Source of the DNA: an uncultured Candidatus Saccharibacteria bacterium
GTDB taxonomy: Bacteria; Patescibacteriota; Minisyncoccia; Portnoybacterales; UBA2143
Reading direction: 5' to 3'
Length of the DNA stretch: 64,000 nucleotides
Assembly (NCBI GenBank): GCA_964413015.1
Contig: CAYPQZ010000006.1
Coordinates: 74,415-138,414, forward strand
Position 1 is the stretch's first letter. Each line of letters opens with the position of its first letter. A program made the position numbers and the translations under genes. The notes below the pieces were generated by a model. The model saw nothing but the letters and a program-made list of their open reading frames with translations. It was not told the origin of the DNA and made no database searches. Below, in pieces: positions 18,469 to 31,317 of this stretch.

Positions 18469-19694
18469 TATTTTAACAATTCTACCGCTCTATCTAATTG
18501 GGGGTCGCGCATCTCATCAATGTCTTCTAAAGTCAGTTCCACTTCTTCATCTGGGACTATCCCCTCTTCGTTAATATCGGTTCCAGCCGGAGTCAGCCAT
18601 TTAGCCACTGTGATTTTAGCGCTAGAACCATTCCTTAATTTTTCAAGTTGCTGAACAGAGCCCTTACCAAAGCTGGTTTGCCCTACAATCTTTATCCCTT
18701 TAACATCCCTTAGGGCGCCGGCTAAAATTTCTGAAGCTGAAGCCGAACCTTCATTAATTAAAACAACTGTTGGCATATCTTCTAAGTAGCCATATCCCCG
18801 ACTGCGATGTTCGTTTTTATGGCTGTTGCCGTAATCTTCGGTGACCACCAGTTCTCCTTTATGAAGGAACCAACTGGATATGTCAACCGCTGCTTCCAAA
18901 TATCCTCCAGGGTTGTTACGAACATCTAAAATAATCCCTTTAGGGCTTTCTTGTAAGGCTTGCTGAATAGTTTCAGCAAATTGTTCAGTTGAGTTTTCAG
19001 TGAAATGATAGAATTGAATATAGGCAAGCCATTCATTATTTTTACCCAGCTCAATTTTTTCCATTTTAATAATGGGAATCTGGACAACGTCTCTGATAAT
19101 GGTAATTTCTTTAGCTTCAGCCCATTCGTCTCTGGCAACCAGCAGAGAGACTTCGGTTCCTCCCTCTCCTCTGATGAGCTCAACAGCCTGATCAAGTGTT
19201 AAATCAGCTGTCAAAGTGTCATTCACTTTTAATATTTTGTCTCCTGCTTTGATTCCGGCCTTCTTAGCCGGATTTCCTTCCAAGGGAGAAATGACTGTTA
19301 AAACTCCTTTGCGGATGCCGATTTCAGCGCCAATTCCTTCAAAACTTCCGCTCATGTCATCAAGAAAACGTTTGCTTGTATCCGGTTCCATGAAAATCGT
19401 ATAGGGATCGTCCAATGATTCAAATAATCCTTTAATTGCTCCATAAATCATTTCTTGATAATTAAGCGAAAGCCGATCGACATGTTTTTTCTCAAGAATG
19501 CGCCAGGCGTCCCAGAATAAACTGAAATCAGCTTCAGTCGGCTGTCCAACCTCTTTGTTGCTTAGTCTTTCAATTTTATCAATAGACGGCTGGTTAATCT
19601 GTCCAACAAAAAAACCAAAGCCGAAGACAATCAAAATAAGGATGGCCCAAGTTGGAATAAAAATATACTTTTTTATGTTCATGCTTTTCGCCAT
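18468..19694 (-). CDS. ctpA: Carboxyl-terminal processing protease (S41, CtpA-like)
   Basis: PDZ domain, RNNPGGYL and GSASASE motifs. The start is ATG 19694 or 19682 (an ATGA overlap with the upstream GT2); the track ORF starts at TTG 19700. Confidence 0.85.
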   Translation of the reverse strand: MAKSMNIKKYIFIPTWAILILIVFGFGFFVGQINQPSIDKIERLSNKEVGQPTEADFSLFWDAWRILEKKHVDRLSLNYQEMIYGAIKGLFESLDDPYTIFMEPDTSKRFLDDMSGSFEGIGAEIGIRKGVLTVISPLEGNPAKKAGIKAGDKILKVNDTLTADLTLDQAVELIRGEGGTEVSLLVARDEWAEAKEITIIRDVVQIPIIKMEKIELGKNNEWLAYIQFYHFTENSTEQFAETIQQALQESPKGIILDVRNNPGGYLEAAVDISSWFLHKGELVVTEDYGNSHKNEHRSRGYGYLEDMPTVVLINEGSASASEILAGALRDVKGIKIVGQTSFGKGSVQQLEKLRNGSSAKITVAKWLTPAGTDINEEGIVPDEEVELTLEDIDEMRDPQLDRAVELLK

Positions 19695-20467
19695 TTCCAA
19701 AAATACTTTATAGCGCTAATAATATGTATTCGGGTATATTTATTAAATAAAACATCTAAAGAACCTCCGAATTTCTTACTGATTCTGTAATAATAATGGA
19801 ACATTTTTGCTTTAGGCAGGCAAAAAATCTGATATCCTTTTTCCCAAAAGCGCCGGCACCAATCAGTATCTTCCAAGTACATAAAAAACCTTTCATCTAA
19901 CAGTCCGACTTTTTCCAGGGCTTGCCGGCGGATAAGCATAGACGATCCTTGCATCCAATCAACCGATTTTGGCTCCATTGAATCGCCGTTTTCCATTAAA
20001 AAATCGTTGAGTTTTCTTTTTCCCCAAGTTAATCTTTTTAAAAAAGTACGCCGGGCCAAGATTGCTCCAATGCTGGGAAAACGGAAACAAGAATGCTGGG
20101 GCTGATTGGCAAAAGTCATTAATTGCGGTCCGACAATTCCAGCCTGATTATTTTTCTCCATGAATTCAATTAACTGCTGGACAGAATTTTCAGTAATTAG
20201 GACATCGGCGTTAAGGATTAAAATATATTCTCCTTGCGAATTCTTAATCCCCGCATTAACAATTTTAGCATAGCCGACGTTTTTTGGGAAAGGAATAAGT
20301 TTGGCGCTGGGAAATTCTTCGTTAATCAGATTACTTATTAAGGGCTCTGACTGGCTATCAGCAATAATTACTTCATATTCAACAAGGCCAAGATTATCTC
20401 TAATTGATCTGAGGCAAAGCTTTAGCAGAATTGGGGTTCGGTGGTGAGTTATGATTATAGAAAGCAT
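19679..20467 (-). CDS. Glycosyltransferase family 2
   Basis: GT2 N-terminal fold with DxD-type motifs. About 260 aa. Confidence 0.7.
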   Translation of the reverse strand: MLSIIITHHRTPILLKLCLRSIRDNLGLVEYEVIIADSQSEPLISNLINEEFPSAKLIPFPKNVGYAKIVNAGIKNSQGEYILILNADVLITENSVQQLIEFMEKNNQAGIVGPQLMTFANQPQHSCFRFPSIGAILARRTFLKRLTWGKRKLNDFLMENGDSMEPKSVDWMQGSSMLIRRQALEKVGLLDERFFMYLEDTDWCRRFWEKGYQIFCLPKAKMFHYYYRISKKFGGSLDVLFNKYTRIHIISAIKYFWKWRKA

Positions 20468-20470
20468 TAT

Positions 20471-21502
20471 TTACAAGTCAAATATATTTTTACACGCATC
20501 TTGGATTTTTTCAAAATTGTCTTCTATTGGCAATAAAACGTATTCTTTGTTAATAAAAGTGTAATAAAGTAGTCCTCCGGGGGAAATATCAAAAATTCTC
20601 GTTTGGATGTTATCAATATCTAATTTCAAAGTTAGGCTAACAAGATTTTTAATCTCTCCCAGAGAAGCATCTGTCCTGAAGTGCTTGCCTAAAATATCCA
20701 GAAAATTATATATCTTAACCGGATTAGTCAACATCCCTAAAGAAAGGGCTTTTTCCTTAAGAGCTATTAAAACTTGCTGTTGACGGGACATCCGGTCAAA
20801 ATCATCGGTTGAATATCGGGAACGGACGTAATATAATGCAGTTTGCCCGTCTAGATAATTTTCTCCCTGTGATAAATGGAAAACCCATCTTTCTTCTCCG
20901 TCAATTTCTTTGATAAACCAATTCTCACTCTCTTCCCATCCCTCTTTGGACCATTGGAAGTTTTCCTCAAAAGGTGTGTTCAGATAGATAGAAATTCCGC
21001 CTAAAACGTCAACGGTTTTCTTAAGCGCTTCAAAATCAACTGCTACCGCGTAATCAATGTATAAATCAGTTATATAGGAAATTGTTTTTTTGGCGCATTC
21101 CAATCCTCCTTGGGCATAGGCAAAGTTAATTTTCTTTTTTTCTTCTAAGCACCAAAGACGGGCATAAAGGTCGCGAGGCAACGAAATCAAGGCGACCCGG
21201 CTGTCGCTTTTTCTGACGCTGAATAGGATTATTGCGTCGGAAAGAAGCTTCCCTTCTCCTGGATCATCAGGGCCCCTGATGCCTAAAAGAAGGATATTCA
21301 AGCGGTTATTATCTTTTTCCGGGAGGTCGGGCAGGTCTTCAGCAAGAGGCAAATTTTGGTTCGGGATATCTCTTTGGCCAATAACTTTACTAATCGTAAA
21401 ACCGGTCTTGAGGAAGAAAAGCGAAAATAGCCCGATTAAAAAAAGAGCTGTAATAAATATCCATAATTTTCTTTTCTTTTTCGGTTGAAATTCCTCTTCC
21501 AT
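20471..21502 (-). CDS. LytR-CpsA-Psr (LCP) family cell-wall polymer transferase
   Basis: N-terminal TM. LLLGIRGPDD...SDAIILFSV...LISLPRDLY is the LCP signature. Confidence 0.8.
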   Translation of the reverse strand: MEEEFQPKKKRKLWIFITALFLIGLFSLFFLKTGFTISKVIGQRDIPNQNLPLAEDLPDLPEKDNNRLNILLLGIRGPDDPGEGKLLSDAIILFSVRKSDSRVALISLPRDLYARLWCLEEKKKINFAYAQGGLECAKKTISYITDLYIDYAVAVDFEALKKTVDVLGGISIYLNTPFEENFQWSKEGWEESENWFIKEIDGEERWVFHLSQGENYLDGQTALYYVRSRYSTDDFDRMSRQQQVLIALKEKALSLGMLTNPVKIYNFLDILGKHFRTDASLGEIKNLVSLTLKLDIDNIQTRIFDISPGGLLYYTFINKEYVLLPIEDNFEKIQDACKNIFDL

Positions 21503-21506
21503 ATTT

Positions 21507-21742
21507 TTATTTAAGGATTGTCATTGAGGATTACGTCTCTTCGCCTTTGGCGAAGGGCGTGTCCGCCTGCCCGCCTCTGGAGGGAAAGGACGACTCCTTA
21601 AATTTTGACAAGGATAAACTGATAAGAACAGTCTTTAAAATGACGCCCTTGTGCTCAAGGGACATCATTTTAAGGACTGGCCTTATCATCATCTGTTCTT
21701 ATCGTATGACAATTCTTAAATTTTTAAAAGTCGACTGTTCTT
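21507..21742. repeat. Family-A modular repeat, full-length copy (L-module ... R hairpin)
   Basis: tttaaggattgtcattgaggattacgtc ... ccgcctctggagggaaaggacgactccttaaattttgacaagg ... ataagaacagtctttaaaatgacgcccttgtgctcaagggacatcattttaaggactggcctt. Confidence 0.85.
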
Positions 21743-22785
21743 TGCCCTTGCTTAAACCACCTTGACATTTCCTGAACACTTGCTTTCTTGTTAGCCATAA
21801 TTATTTTTCTCTTTTGCCAGGCCTTAGGCGTTTGTTTAAATAAATCTTTTATGGCTTTCCAAGTGAATCTCTCAAAAAGCAGAACGTAAAACCAAGAAGC
21901 TGTCTCTTTAATTAAAAACCAGGGCAAATGCTTTATTAAAATCCAAGCCTGCTCATTTTTAATCTGCATTAGACGTTGATTTTTAAATGCCAAATATTTG
22001 GCAAATTTGCCTATTTTTATCCTTTCTCGGATTATGGCTAAGTAATTTATAGAAGCGTTTTCTCCGGAACTTCTGTCATGCCAGGCAATTGATTTTGGCT
22101 GATAAATAATTTTCCATCCGTAAAGACGCATTCGCCAAGACAAATCAACATCTTCCTTGTACATAAAAAAATCTTCATCAAAATATTCTCCATTTATTTT
22201 AACATTCTCCAGAGCGGTTTTTCGGTAAAGCGGCGCTGCTCCGTCTGCCCCAAAGACTTTTGTTTTTTCTTCAAATTGACCTTCATCAATTTCTCCCTGC
22301 CCTCGGTTGATAATCCGCCTGTTTTTTAAAATGGCTAATCCGGCGCTATCAATAATATAAAAAATTTCCTGGTTTTTAACGTATCCCAAAGACGAATTAC
22401 CTAAGTTCCAACGAAGCAATTTTCCTTGAACCGCGCCTATCCGATTATCCTTTTCAAGAGCTTCTACCGCTTTTTTAACGAAATGCCTGTCTAAAAAAAC
22501 ATCTTGAGTGAGGCATAAAACATATTTCCCTCGACTAATTCTTATTCCCTGATTCTGGCCTCCGGCATATCCTAAATTCTTCTTGTTAAAAACTATTTTC
22601 AAGTCCGGTCGGTTTTCCTTGGCTAATTTCTCCAGATAGTTTTTTGATTCTCCAATAGAATTATTGTCAATAATAAGGATTTCTAAATCAGGGTATTCTT
22701 GGCTGAAAACCGAATTCAAACATTTATCAAGATATTTTTCTCCATTATGAGTCAGGAGATTTATTGAAACTAATGGGCGAAGCAT
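21724..22785 (-). CDS. Glycosyltransferase family 2
   Basis: INLLTHNGEKYLDKCLNSV...IIDNNS is a GT2 signature. The stop codon lies inside the repeat end. Confidence 0.7.
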   Translation of the reverse strand: MLRPLVSINLLTHNGEKYLDKCLNSVFSQEYPDLEILIIDNNSIGESKNYLEKLAKENRPDLKIVFNKKNLGYAGGQNQGIRISRGKYVLCLTQDVFLDRHFVKKAVEALEKDNRIGAVQGKLLRWNLGNSSLGYVKNQEIFYIIDSAGLAILKNRRIINRGQGEIDEGQFEEKTKVFGADGAAPLYRKTALENVKINGEYFDEDFFMYKEDVDLSWRMRLYGWKIIYQPKSIAWHDRSSGENASINYLAIIRERIKIGKFAKYLAFKNQRLMQIKNEQAWILIKHLPWFLIKETASWFYVLLFERFTWKAIKDLFKQTPKAWQKRKIIMANKKASVQEMSRWFKQGQRTVDF

Positions 22786-24334
22786 AGAGGAGGCCTATAA
22801 TAGCTACAAAAAATAAAAAAACCTTGTCATTAAAAAGCACTACATCAAATAAACTATAGCTAAAAATCCAGACTAAAGCAAGGACTAAAAACCCTGTCCA
22901 GCAGGATGACTTTTGTTTCCAGGCCTCTTTTAAAATCTGCCAGAAAATAACGGTTAGAACAATTAGCGCAAAAATGCCCATTTCAGCGGCAATATCTAGA
23001 TATAAGCTGTGGGCCGAGGAGCCTTTTTTAGCAAAAGATACATCTTCGTTAAGAACTAAAGAGTAGTTGCCGATGCCGACTCCCAATAAAGGTTTCATAA
23101 TTATTGAATCAGCTGTCCTCTGCCAAATTTCCAATCGGCTTTTAACCGATATTTCCAAAAAATCAATCATGCTTCGGGCTCTTTCAAAAAAGGACATATC
23201 AGCCATAGCATCTCTGCCCAGCTCAAGATACTGCGGCGCGAAAAGAATTGCCGAAGCGATTGGCATTAAAAGAAAGAAAATTACCAAAGAGCCAATAATC
23301 AGCTGGGTTTGGCGCCGGCGTTCTTGATTAAATCCGGCAGTAAAAAACGTTGTTCGGGAACGAATAGACGGAGACCAGTAAAAGAAAATGATGAATAAAT
23401 AGGCCGAGAGCGAAATTAAAGCGCTGGCCCAGGCTCCTCTTGAGCCAGAAAAGATTATTGCTGACAAACAGCTAATTAACAAAAGGTAGAAAATGATTGC
23501 TTTCTTCTTGTTCCCCCTAGGCCGCTTGAAAACAGCTGTTAGGATAAAGGGCAAACTTAAAATGCAGAAGAAAGCGAAGGAATGCGAATCAGGAAAAACA
23601 GAAAACATTCTTAAGGTGGGCAGTTGATATGAATAATAGGAAAACCAAGTGTTGGTGTATGATAAAAGATTGCTTAACTCTTGTCCGTAAAATACGTTAA
23701 TTACGTTTCTGTCCCAGAGGTACCAAAATTGGTGGAGGTTGATAAAAAATACCATAGCCAACTGCAAAAAACCGACTCCCAAGGTTATCCCTATAGCTGT
23801 CTTCAAAGCGCTAATAATTTTAGAAATAACTTTTTTGTTTCGGTAGGCCAGATTTCTAATAATAATGAACAAGAAAAGAATATTTACGATAAAGAGGATT
23901 TTCTTGATTCCAATGAATAAATTATCCGCGGCAATAAGAGATATAACTCCAATTAGAAAAAAAATTCCCGTTAAATATTCCATTTGGGAATGCCTGAATT
24001 TTTCTTTAATTTTCCATTTACCGAAACGGCCTTTAGTCAATTTGATTGATAAACCATGCTTAAAAAAAATGACCAAAAGAAGGACAGTTAACAAAATCCG
24101 CCAATTGGCCATTGAGTCAAAACTTTCCGTGATTGGTAAAGCGACAAATAAGGGAATTGAAGCAATAAAAACCCATAGGGAATCTTCCACCTTGCTGAAA
24201 ATAAAGTAAAAAACCATCAGGCCGGTTAAAAACAAACTGGCTTCCAAGGGCGCAACCTTAAAGACCATTAAAAAAATAACCGCTATCTCGGTTAGCAGAA
24301 TGATAAGATTTTTGCTATTTTCTTTTAGGCTCAT
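22745..24334 (-). CDS. O-antigen ligase/polymerase (Wzy/WaaL-like) polytopic membrane protein
   Basis: More than 10 TM helices and the GSRGAWASALISL motif of O-antigen-ligase-type proteins. Confidence 0.55.
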   Translation of the reverse strand: MSLKENSKNLIILLTEIAVIFLMVFKVAPLEASLFLTGLMVFYFIFSKVEDSLWVFIASIPLFVALPITESFDSMANWRILLTVLLLVIFFKHGLSIKLTKGRFGKWKIKEKFRHSQMEYLTGIFFLIGVISLIAADNLFIGIKKILFIVNILFLFIIIRNLAYRNKKVISKIISALKTAIGITLGVGFLQLAMVFFINLHQFWYLWDRNVINVFYGQELSNLLSYTNTWFSYYSYQLPTLRMFSVFPDSHSFAFFCILSLPFILTAVFKRPRGNKKKAIIFYLLLISCLSAIIFSGSRGAWASALISLSAYLFIIFFYWSPSIRSRTTFFTAGFNQERRRQTQLIIGSLVIFFLLMPIASAILFAPQYLELGRDAMADMSFFERARSMIDFLEISVKSRLEIWQRTADSIIMKPLLGVGIGNYSLVLNEDVSFAKKGSSAHSLYLDIAAEMGIFALIVLTVIFWQILKEAWKQKSSCWTGFLVLALVWIFSYSLFDVVLFNDKVFLFFVAIIGLLYASPISFNKSPDS

Positions 24335-24401
24335 TAATTTCTACTTACCCGTCTGAGGCGGGTTAAGCATTTATTAGCCGAATCAAAATTTAGATAAATG
24401 C

Positions 24402-25646
24402 TTAATACCCTTTTAATTTCTTTGACTTTTTATGCTGACGCATCCTTTCTAAGGCCTTGGCCTCAATCTGACGAATGCGTTCTCTTGTAACGCCAAATTC
24501 CTGTCCGACCTCTTCTAAAGTATGGGTTACTCCGTCTTTCAAGCCGAAACGCATTTCTAAAATCTTTTGTTCCCGGGGAGACAGATCAATCAAAATTTCT
24601 TTAAGGCGTTTTCTTAAAAGTTTTCTGGCCGCTATCTGGCTAGGAGAAATACTTTTTTTGTCTTCAACGAATTCTCCTAAAGTACTTTCTTCGTCTTTAT
24701 CGCTTATTGGAGATTCTAAAGAAACCGTGTCTTGGGAAATCTTAATAATTTGCCTTACTTTTTCAACACTTTCTTTCATTTCAACGGCAATTTCCTCAGG
24801 CAAAGGTTCCCGACCCAGATTCTGCGTAAGCAAACGCTTAAACTGGGTGTATTTACTAATAGTTTCTACCATATGAACCGGAATTCGGATAGTCCTGGCT
24901 TGATCAGCCAATGCCCGAGTAATTGCTTGCCTTATCCACCAAGTAGCGTAAGTAGAAAACTTGTATCCTCGATGATAATCAAATTTTTCTACTGCCTTAA
25001 AAAGACCGATATTCCCCTCTTGAATAAGGTCAAGCAAACTGAAGTTCCGGCTGCGGCCAATGTACCTTTTGGCAATGCTGACGACTAATCTTAAATTTGA
25101 TTGAGTCAGTTGCTGTCGGGCTTCCTCGTCGCCCTGCTCTATTTTCTTTGCTAATCTGACTTCGTCCTGAGCGTTTAATAAAGGGATTCGTCCAATTTCC
25201 CGTAAATACATTTGGACATTGTCAAATGATTCCATAGCAAGATTCAATTTCTTATCTTTTTTTCGGCTTCCGTCTTTAGTTAAAGCTTCGTCCAAAAATT
25301 CAGCAGACTCAACTATTTCAATATTGTTTTCTTTTAATTTTTCATAGGCTTCTTCCAATCCATTGATATCATCCTCTATCCGGGGAGCTATTTGGAGAAG
25401 TTCTACTTCAGTAATAAATCCCCTTTCTCTGCCCCGGCTGATTAATTCTTGAATCTTTTTTTTGTCTATTAATTTTCTTTTTCTTCTGGGCGCCTGCTTT
25501 TTTACGGGAGCTTCTTTCTTTCTAGAAACGGGTTTTTTTCGAGAGACCGGTTTTCTTGCTGAAACAGCTCTCTTTCTAGGAGCGGTTTTCCCCTTAGGCG
25601 CAGGTTTTTTTACCGCTTTCTTGGTTGTTATTTTTGATTTAGTCAT
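24402..25646 (-). CDS. rpoD: RNA polymerase sigma factor RpoD (sigma-70)
   Basis: Regions 2-4 are present ([45 protein letters not shown]), with a basic N-terminal extension. Confidence 0.92.
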   Translation of the reverse strand: MTKSKITTKKAVKKPAPKGKTAPRKRAVSARKPVSRKKPVSRKKEAPVKKQAPRRKRKLIDKKKIQELISRGRERGFITEVELLQIAPRIEDDINGLEEAYEKLKENNIEIVESAEFLDEALTKDGSRKKDKKLNLAMESFDNVQMYLREIGRIPLLNAQDEVRLAKKIEQGDEEARQQLTQSNLRLVVSIAKRYIGRSRNFSLLDLIQEGNIGLFKAVEKFDYHRGYKFSTYATWWIRQAITRALADQARTIRIPVHMVETISKYTQFKRLLTQNLGREPLPEEIAVEMKESVEKVRQIIKISQDTVSLESPISDKDEESTLGEFVEDKKSISPSQIAARKLLRKRLKEILIDLSPREQKILEMRFGLKDGVTHTLEEVGQEFGVTRERIRQIEAKALERMRQHKKSKKLKGY

Positions 25647-27418
25647 ATTAAACTTATTTGTTTAGTCAATTTATTAAATTCTTTAGTCAGTTTTTTAAGA
25701 GCAGGATTATCCCTTTTCCCTTCGGCTTCTTGAATATCCATGTTCAATTTATTTAATTTTTCCTGGAAGTAGCGTTTTTTAAGTTCCTTGAAACAGAATG
25801 TAATTTCTTTTTTAGGATTAAACTCTTCAATTATTTCTTTCTGGGCTTCAGCGCCAAAAACAAGGGAATCTATTTTATCCGCTAAATCTAAAGGTAAATC
25901 TTTTTTAAAACTGTTTAGATTAATCTTTTTATTCCGGTTTTTTTTCAAGCAGTCGAATATTTTTTCTAAATTCGGATCAGCGAATAAAGAATAAGTTTGT
26001 TTTCGGCATTCTCTCAAAGCTTCCGGACAAGACAGAGCCAGTCCTAATGTATATTCTTCAAGATTTGTTTTTTGTTTCGGCGGTTCACGGTCATTTACTT
26101 GCGAGAAATCATTAAATGCAACCTTTATTTTATCAATATCTTCTATTAGAGCCGCTTCATTAACTCTCAATTTAGCGGCTATTTTTTGCAGCCAGTGAAA
26201 TTGTTCTACTTTGTTAGGGATTTTTTTAATAATTGGTAAAAGAGTTTGAGATATTATTTTCTTTCCTTCAACAGTTGAGGCGTCATTTTTAGAAAATGCG
26301 CTGGTTATATGAAATTCGATTAAATTTTGCGCTTTTTGAATAGCTTTAGGCCAGACAGAAGCATTTTTTTGGAAGCAGTCAGCTGGGTCCTGATTATCGG
26401 CTAAGCTGATAATTTTGAGATTAAAGCCGAATTGAAGGGCTAAACCGGCTCCTCGTTTGGTCGCTATTTCTCCGGCAGCATCCATATCAAAAGCCATAGC
26501 TAAATTGTCTGTATAACGTTTGATTGTTTTAAGCTGTTCTTCAGTTAAGGCGGTGCCTGAAGAAGCGATTAAATTTTTAAAACCGGTCTGGTGTCCCATA
26601 ATAACATCGGTTTGGCCTTCAACTAAAACACAGAGATTGTCTTGCCTGATATTCAACTTGGCCTTTTCCAGACCATACAAGACGCGGCTTTTATCATAAA
26701 TTAAGGTGTTCGGAATATTGACATACTTCCCCATTCGTTCGTCAGGATTCTCGGGATTTTCTCTTCCGGTGAATCCAATAATCATTCCATTAACATCTTT
26801 TATGGGGAAAATAATTCGGTCTCTAAATCTGTCATAGTATTTGTTTTGGCTAGTGTTTTTTTCACTCTTAACAGCTAAGCCGGTTTTAACAATTTCGCTT
26901 TCCGGATAACCCCGCTTGGTTAAGAAATCAATTAAGGAACTCCATTGATTAGGAGCGTAACCAATTTGCCATTCTTCAATTGTTTTTACTTTTAGTCCCC
27001 GCTTGGATAAATACTTCTTTATCCCCCGGCCAGCTTGGCTTTCTAATTGCCTGGCAAAAAAAAGAGCTGCTAAATGACAGATTTCATACAATTCGGCCCG
27101 TTCGGTTTTCAACTTGGCGGAAACAGCCGGGTCAAGTTTTTTTAATTCTACGCCGGCCCGTTGGGCCAAAATACGTAAAGCATCGCCAAATTCCACATTC
27201 TCAATCTCCATAATAAAGTCAAAAATACTGCCGCCTTTGCCACAGCCAAAACAGCGCCACAATTGCCTTTCCGGAGAGACCATAAAAGAGGGTGTCTTTT
27301 CCGAATGAAAAGGACATCTGGCCCGGTAATTCCGGCCGGCTTTTTGAAGCTTAAGGTAGCCCCCAATTAACTCAACAATATCTAATTTAGATTTTATCTC
27401 GTCTACCGGCGATGTCAT
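25643..27418 (-). CDS. dnaG: DNA primase
   Basis: Zinc ribbon [11 protein letters not shown]...CFGCGKGG and a TOPRIM domain. 4-bp overlap with rpoD. Confidence 0.92.
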   Translation of the reverse strand: MTSPVDEIKSKLDIVELIGGYLKLQKAGRNYRARCPFHSEKTPSFMVSPERQLWRCFGCGKGGSIFDFIMEIENVEFGDALRILAQRAGVELKKLDPAVSAKLKTERAELYEICHLAALFFARQLESQAGRGIKKYLSKRGLKVKTIEEWQIGYAPNQWSSLIDFLTKRGYPESEIVKTGLAVKSEKNTSQNKYYDRFRDRIIFPIKDVNGMIIGFTGRENPENPDERMGKYVNIPNTLIYDKSRVLYGLEKAKLNIRQDNLCVLVEGQTDVIMGHQTGFKNLIASSGTALTEEQLKTIKRYTDNLAMAFDMDAAGEIATKRGAGLALQFGFNLKIISLADNQDPADCFQKNASVWPKAIQKAQNLIEFHITSAFSKNDASTVEGKKIISQTLLPIIKKIPNKVEQFHWLQKIAAKLRVNEAALIEDIDKIKVAFNDFSQVNDREPPKQKTNLEEYTLGLALSCPEALRECRKQTYSLFADPNLEKIFDCLKKNRNKKINLNSFKKDLPLDLADKIDSLVFGAEAQKEIIEEFNPKKEITFCFKELKKRYFQEKLNKLNMDIQEAEGKRDNPALKKLTKEFNKLTKQISLI

Positions 27419-27536
27419 TCTTCTTTTTTATTAAACCTAACCCTATTTTTATTCTGCCCCTTTAATATTTTATCAACCATATCAATTGGCAGAGAGGACA
27501 CTTGCCGTACTGGCAAACGAACCCGCAATAATAATG

Positions 27537-27622
27537 CGGAGAGTGCGAGATTCGAACTCGCGTGGGCTTTTAAACCCGCTTGCTTTCCAAGCAAGTGCCA
27601 TAGGCCTCTAGGCGAACTCTCC
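27537..27622 (-). tRNA. tRNA-Ser (anticodon GGA), long variable arm
   Basis: rc: GGAGAGT...CTTGC-TTGGAAA-GCAAG, variable arm CGGGTTTAAAAGCCCAC, T-arm GCGAG-TTCGAAT-CTCGC, ACTCTCC-G. Confidence 0.85.
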
Positions 27623-27658
27623 ATTATATTTTTTTATTGCTTGAAAATAACCCCATAG

Positions 27659-28591
27659 CTATACCTCCATTCCCCGGAGGGCCTTAACTCGTTCCTCAAC
27701 CGGCGGATGGGTGCTGAATAATTTAGAAACTTTTTTGCCTTTAAACGGACTGTTAATATACAGGTGCGCGGTGGCTTTGTTGGCGATTTTCAAAGGAGTT
27801 TGGTCGGCTGATATTTTTTCCAAAGCCCGGGCTAATCCTTCCGGATAGCGGGTCAACAAGGCGCCGCTGGCGTCAGCCAGAAATTCCCGCTTGCGGGAAA
27901 TGGATAATTGAATTAAAGAAGCGATGAAAGGAGACAAAATTGCCAGAGCAAAGCTGATTAAAATCATAATGCCGGCAAATTGCCCGCCTCCTCGATTATC
28001 GCTTTTGCTTCTCCCAAAAACGCTCCATCGCACAAACCAGTCAGAAAGCAGAACCACCATACCTACTAAAACTACTACCACGGTTTGCAAAAGAATATCT
28101 CGGTTTCCAATATGGCTTAATTCATGAGCTAGGACGCCTTCTAATTCCGAACGGTCCAGTTTTCCCAAAAGTCCGCGAGTTACCGCAATAACCGCGTGTT
28201 CCGGATTCCGGCCGGTGGCAAAAGCATTTGGCGCCATTTCGTCAATAATGTATATTTTGGGCAAAGGCAGGCCGGCAGTAATGCATAAATTTTCTACCAA
28301 ACGGTACAGCTCAGGATTATCTTTTTTTTCAACCTTCTTGGCCTTGCTCATTTTAAGAACAATTTTGTCTGAATACCAATAAGAAATAAAACTCATTAAA
28401 GAGCTGAAAGCCACGGCTATTATTAGAATAAGCGGACTTTCAAATTGATAAGAAAAAACCCAGCCCAGTCCGATAATGAAAATAAGAAAAATAGAAATTA
28501 ACAGCCACGTCTTACGGATATTTGAATCTTTGTGAGTGTATAAAGTAGGCATGCGAGTAAAGGAAGCCCTCAAAAATTTAAGGATTGTCAT
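27659..28591 (-). CDS. htpX: Zinc metalloprotease HtpX (M48)
   Basis: HELSHIGNRD HExxH motif and TM helices. The first 7 codons (MTILKFL) are encoded by the family-A repeat end. An alternative start is M14. Confidence 0.85.
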   Translation of the reverse strand: MTILKFLRASFTRMPTLYTHKDSNIRKTWLLISIFLIFIIGLGWVFSYQFESPLILIIAVAFSSLMSFISYWYSDKIVLKMSKAKKVEKKDNPELYRLVENLCITAGLPLPKIYIIDEMAPNAFATGRNPEHAVIAVTRGLLGKLDRSELEGVLAHELSHIGNRDILLQTVVVVLVGMVVLLSDWFVRWSVFGRSKSDNRGGGQFAGIMILISFALAILSPFIASLIQLSISRKREFLADASGALLTRYPEGLARALEKISADQTPLKIANKATAHLYINSPFKGKKVSKLFSTHPPVEERVKALRGMEV

Positions 28592-28800
28592 TGAGAGCAG
28601 TGAACTTCCGCCGAAGGCGGAAAGTTACGCTCGCCTGTCCGCCTCTGGAGGGAAAGGACGATTCTTAAATTTTGACAAGCTTCCATGATAAGAACAGTCT
28701 TTAAAATGACGCTCTTGTTCAAGGGACATCATTTTAAGAATTGTCCTTATCATCAGCGTATTCCAAGGGACATTATTTTGAGAACTATCCTTATCGTCAA
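28573..28800. repeat. Family-A modular repeat, full-length copy
   Basis: aatttaaggattgtcattgag...ccgcctctggagggaaaggacgattcttaaattttgacaag...ataagaacagtctttaaaatgacgctcttgttcaagggacatcattttaagaattgtcctt. Confidence 0.85.
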
Positions 28801-28832
28801 GGCACATTCTCCTGTAACGAGACCGATTAGAT

Positions 28833-29408
28833 CTAAAACTCCACTTTGATCGGTTCTCGGGCCGCCTCTTCTTCAACCTCAAAGAAATCTTTTTTGTTAA
28901 AACCAAACATTCCAGCGATTAAATTGTTAGGAAAGGTTTCAGTCTTAATATTGAAATCTCTGACATTGCCGTTGTAAAACCGACGGGCCGCTTGAATTTT
29001 GTTTTCCGTATCGCTCAATTCTCTCTGCAATTCCAGAAAATTCTGGTTGGCCTTTAGATCAGGATAATTCTCTGCTACCGCGAAAAGAGACTTTAAGGCG
29101 CCGGACAACATATTTTCGGCTTTGCCATGTTCTTCTACTGTTTGAGCTCCCATAGCCGCAGTTCTGGCTTGAGTAACTTTTTCAAAAAGCTCTCGTTCGT
29201 GCTTAGCATAACCCTTAACTGTTTCAACTAAATTAGGAATCAAATTATAGCGCCTTTTGAGCTGGATATCTATATCTGACCAGGCTTCATCAGTCCGATT
29301 TCTTAATTTAATTAAGCTATTATAAACAGCAATTAGCCAAAAGATTAAAATAGCGGTTACGCCGATTAAAATCCATAAAAAACGCCCCATATTTTTGTCC
29401 TGAAACAA
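28833..29408 (-). CDS. lemA: LemA family protein
   Basis: N-terminal TM and the LemA-like [40 protein letters not shown]. Confidence 0.8.
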   Translation of the reverse strand: MFQDKNMGRFLWILIGVTAILIFWLIAVYNSLIKLRNRTDEAWSDIDIQLKRRYNLIPNLVETVKGYAKHERELFEKVTQARTAAMGAQTVEEHGKAENMLSGALKSLFAVAENYPDLKANQNFLELQRELSDTENKIQAARRFYNGNVRDFNIKTETFPNNLIAGMFGFNKKDFFEVEEEAAREPIKVEF

Positions 29409-29518
29409 ATTTTTTAGTTTTTAAATTAAAAACCCAAATAAATTTATTTCAAGTATTATAAAGTTGATTTTCCTTTATTATATCATTCCCGAAACGATTT
29501 TGCAAATACGAAAACAAA

Positions 29519-29580
29519 AAAGGACAGTCCTTAAAATTGTACTCCTTGGAATAAGGATGTAATTTTAAAGACTGTCCTTT
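29519..29580. repeat. Family-A hairpin repeat (imperfect variant)
   Basis: aaggacagtccttaaaattgtactccttggaataaggatgtaattttaaagactgtcctt. Confidence 0.8.
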
Positions 29581-29600
29581 AATTATTTAATTTATTCCAA

Positions 29601-31285
<1,685 letters not shown>

Positions 31286-31317
31286 GTATATTAGCAATTC
31301 ATTTGCATTTTGTAGCC

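Noticed and set aside
27415-27624. 69-aa ORF on the minus strand
   Set aside because: It completely overlaps tRNA-Ser(GGA) and the dnaG upstream region. It has no coding signal.
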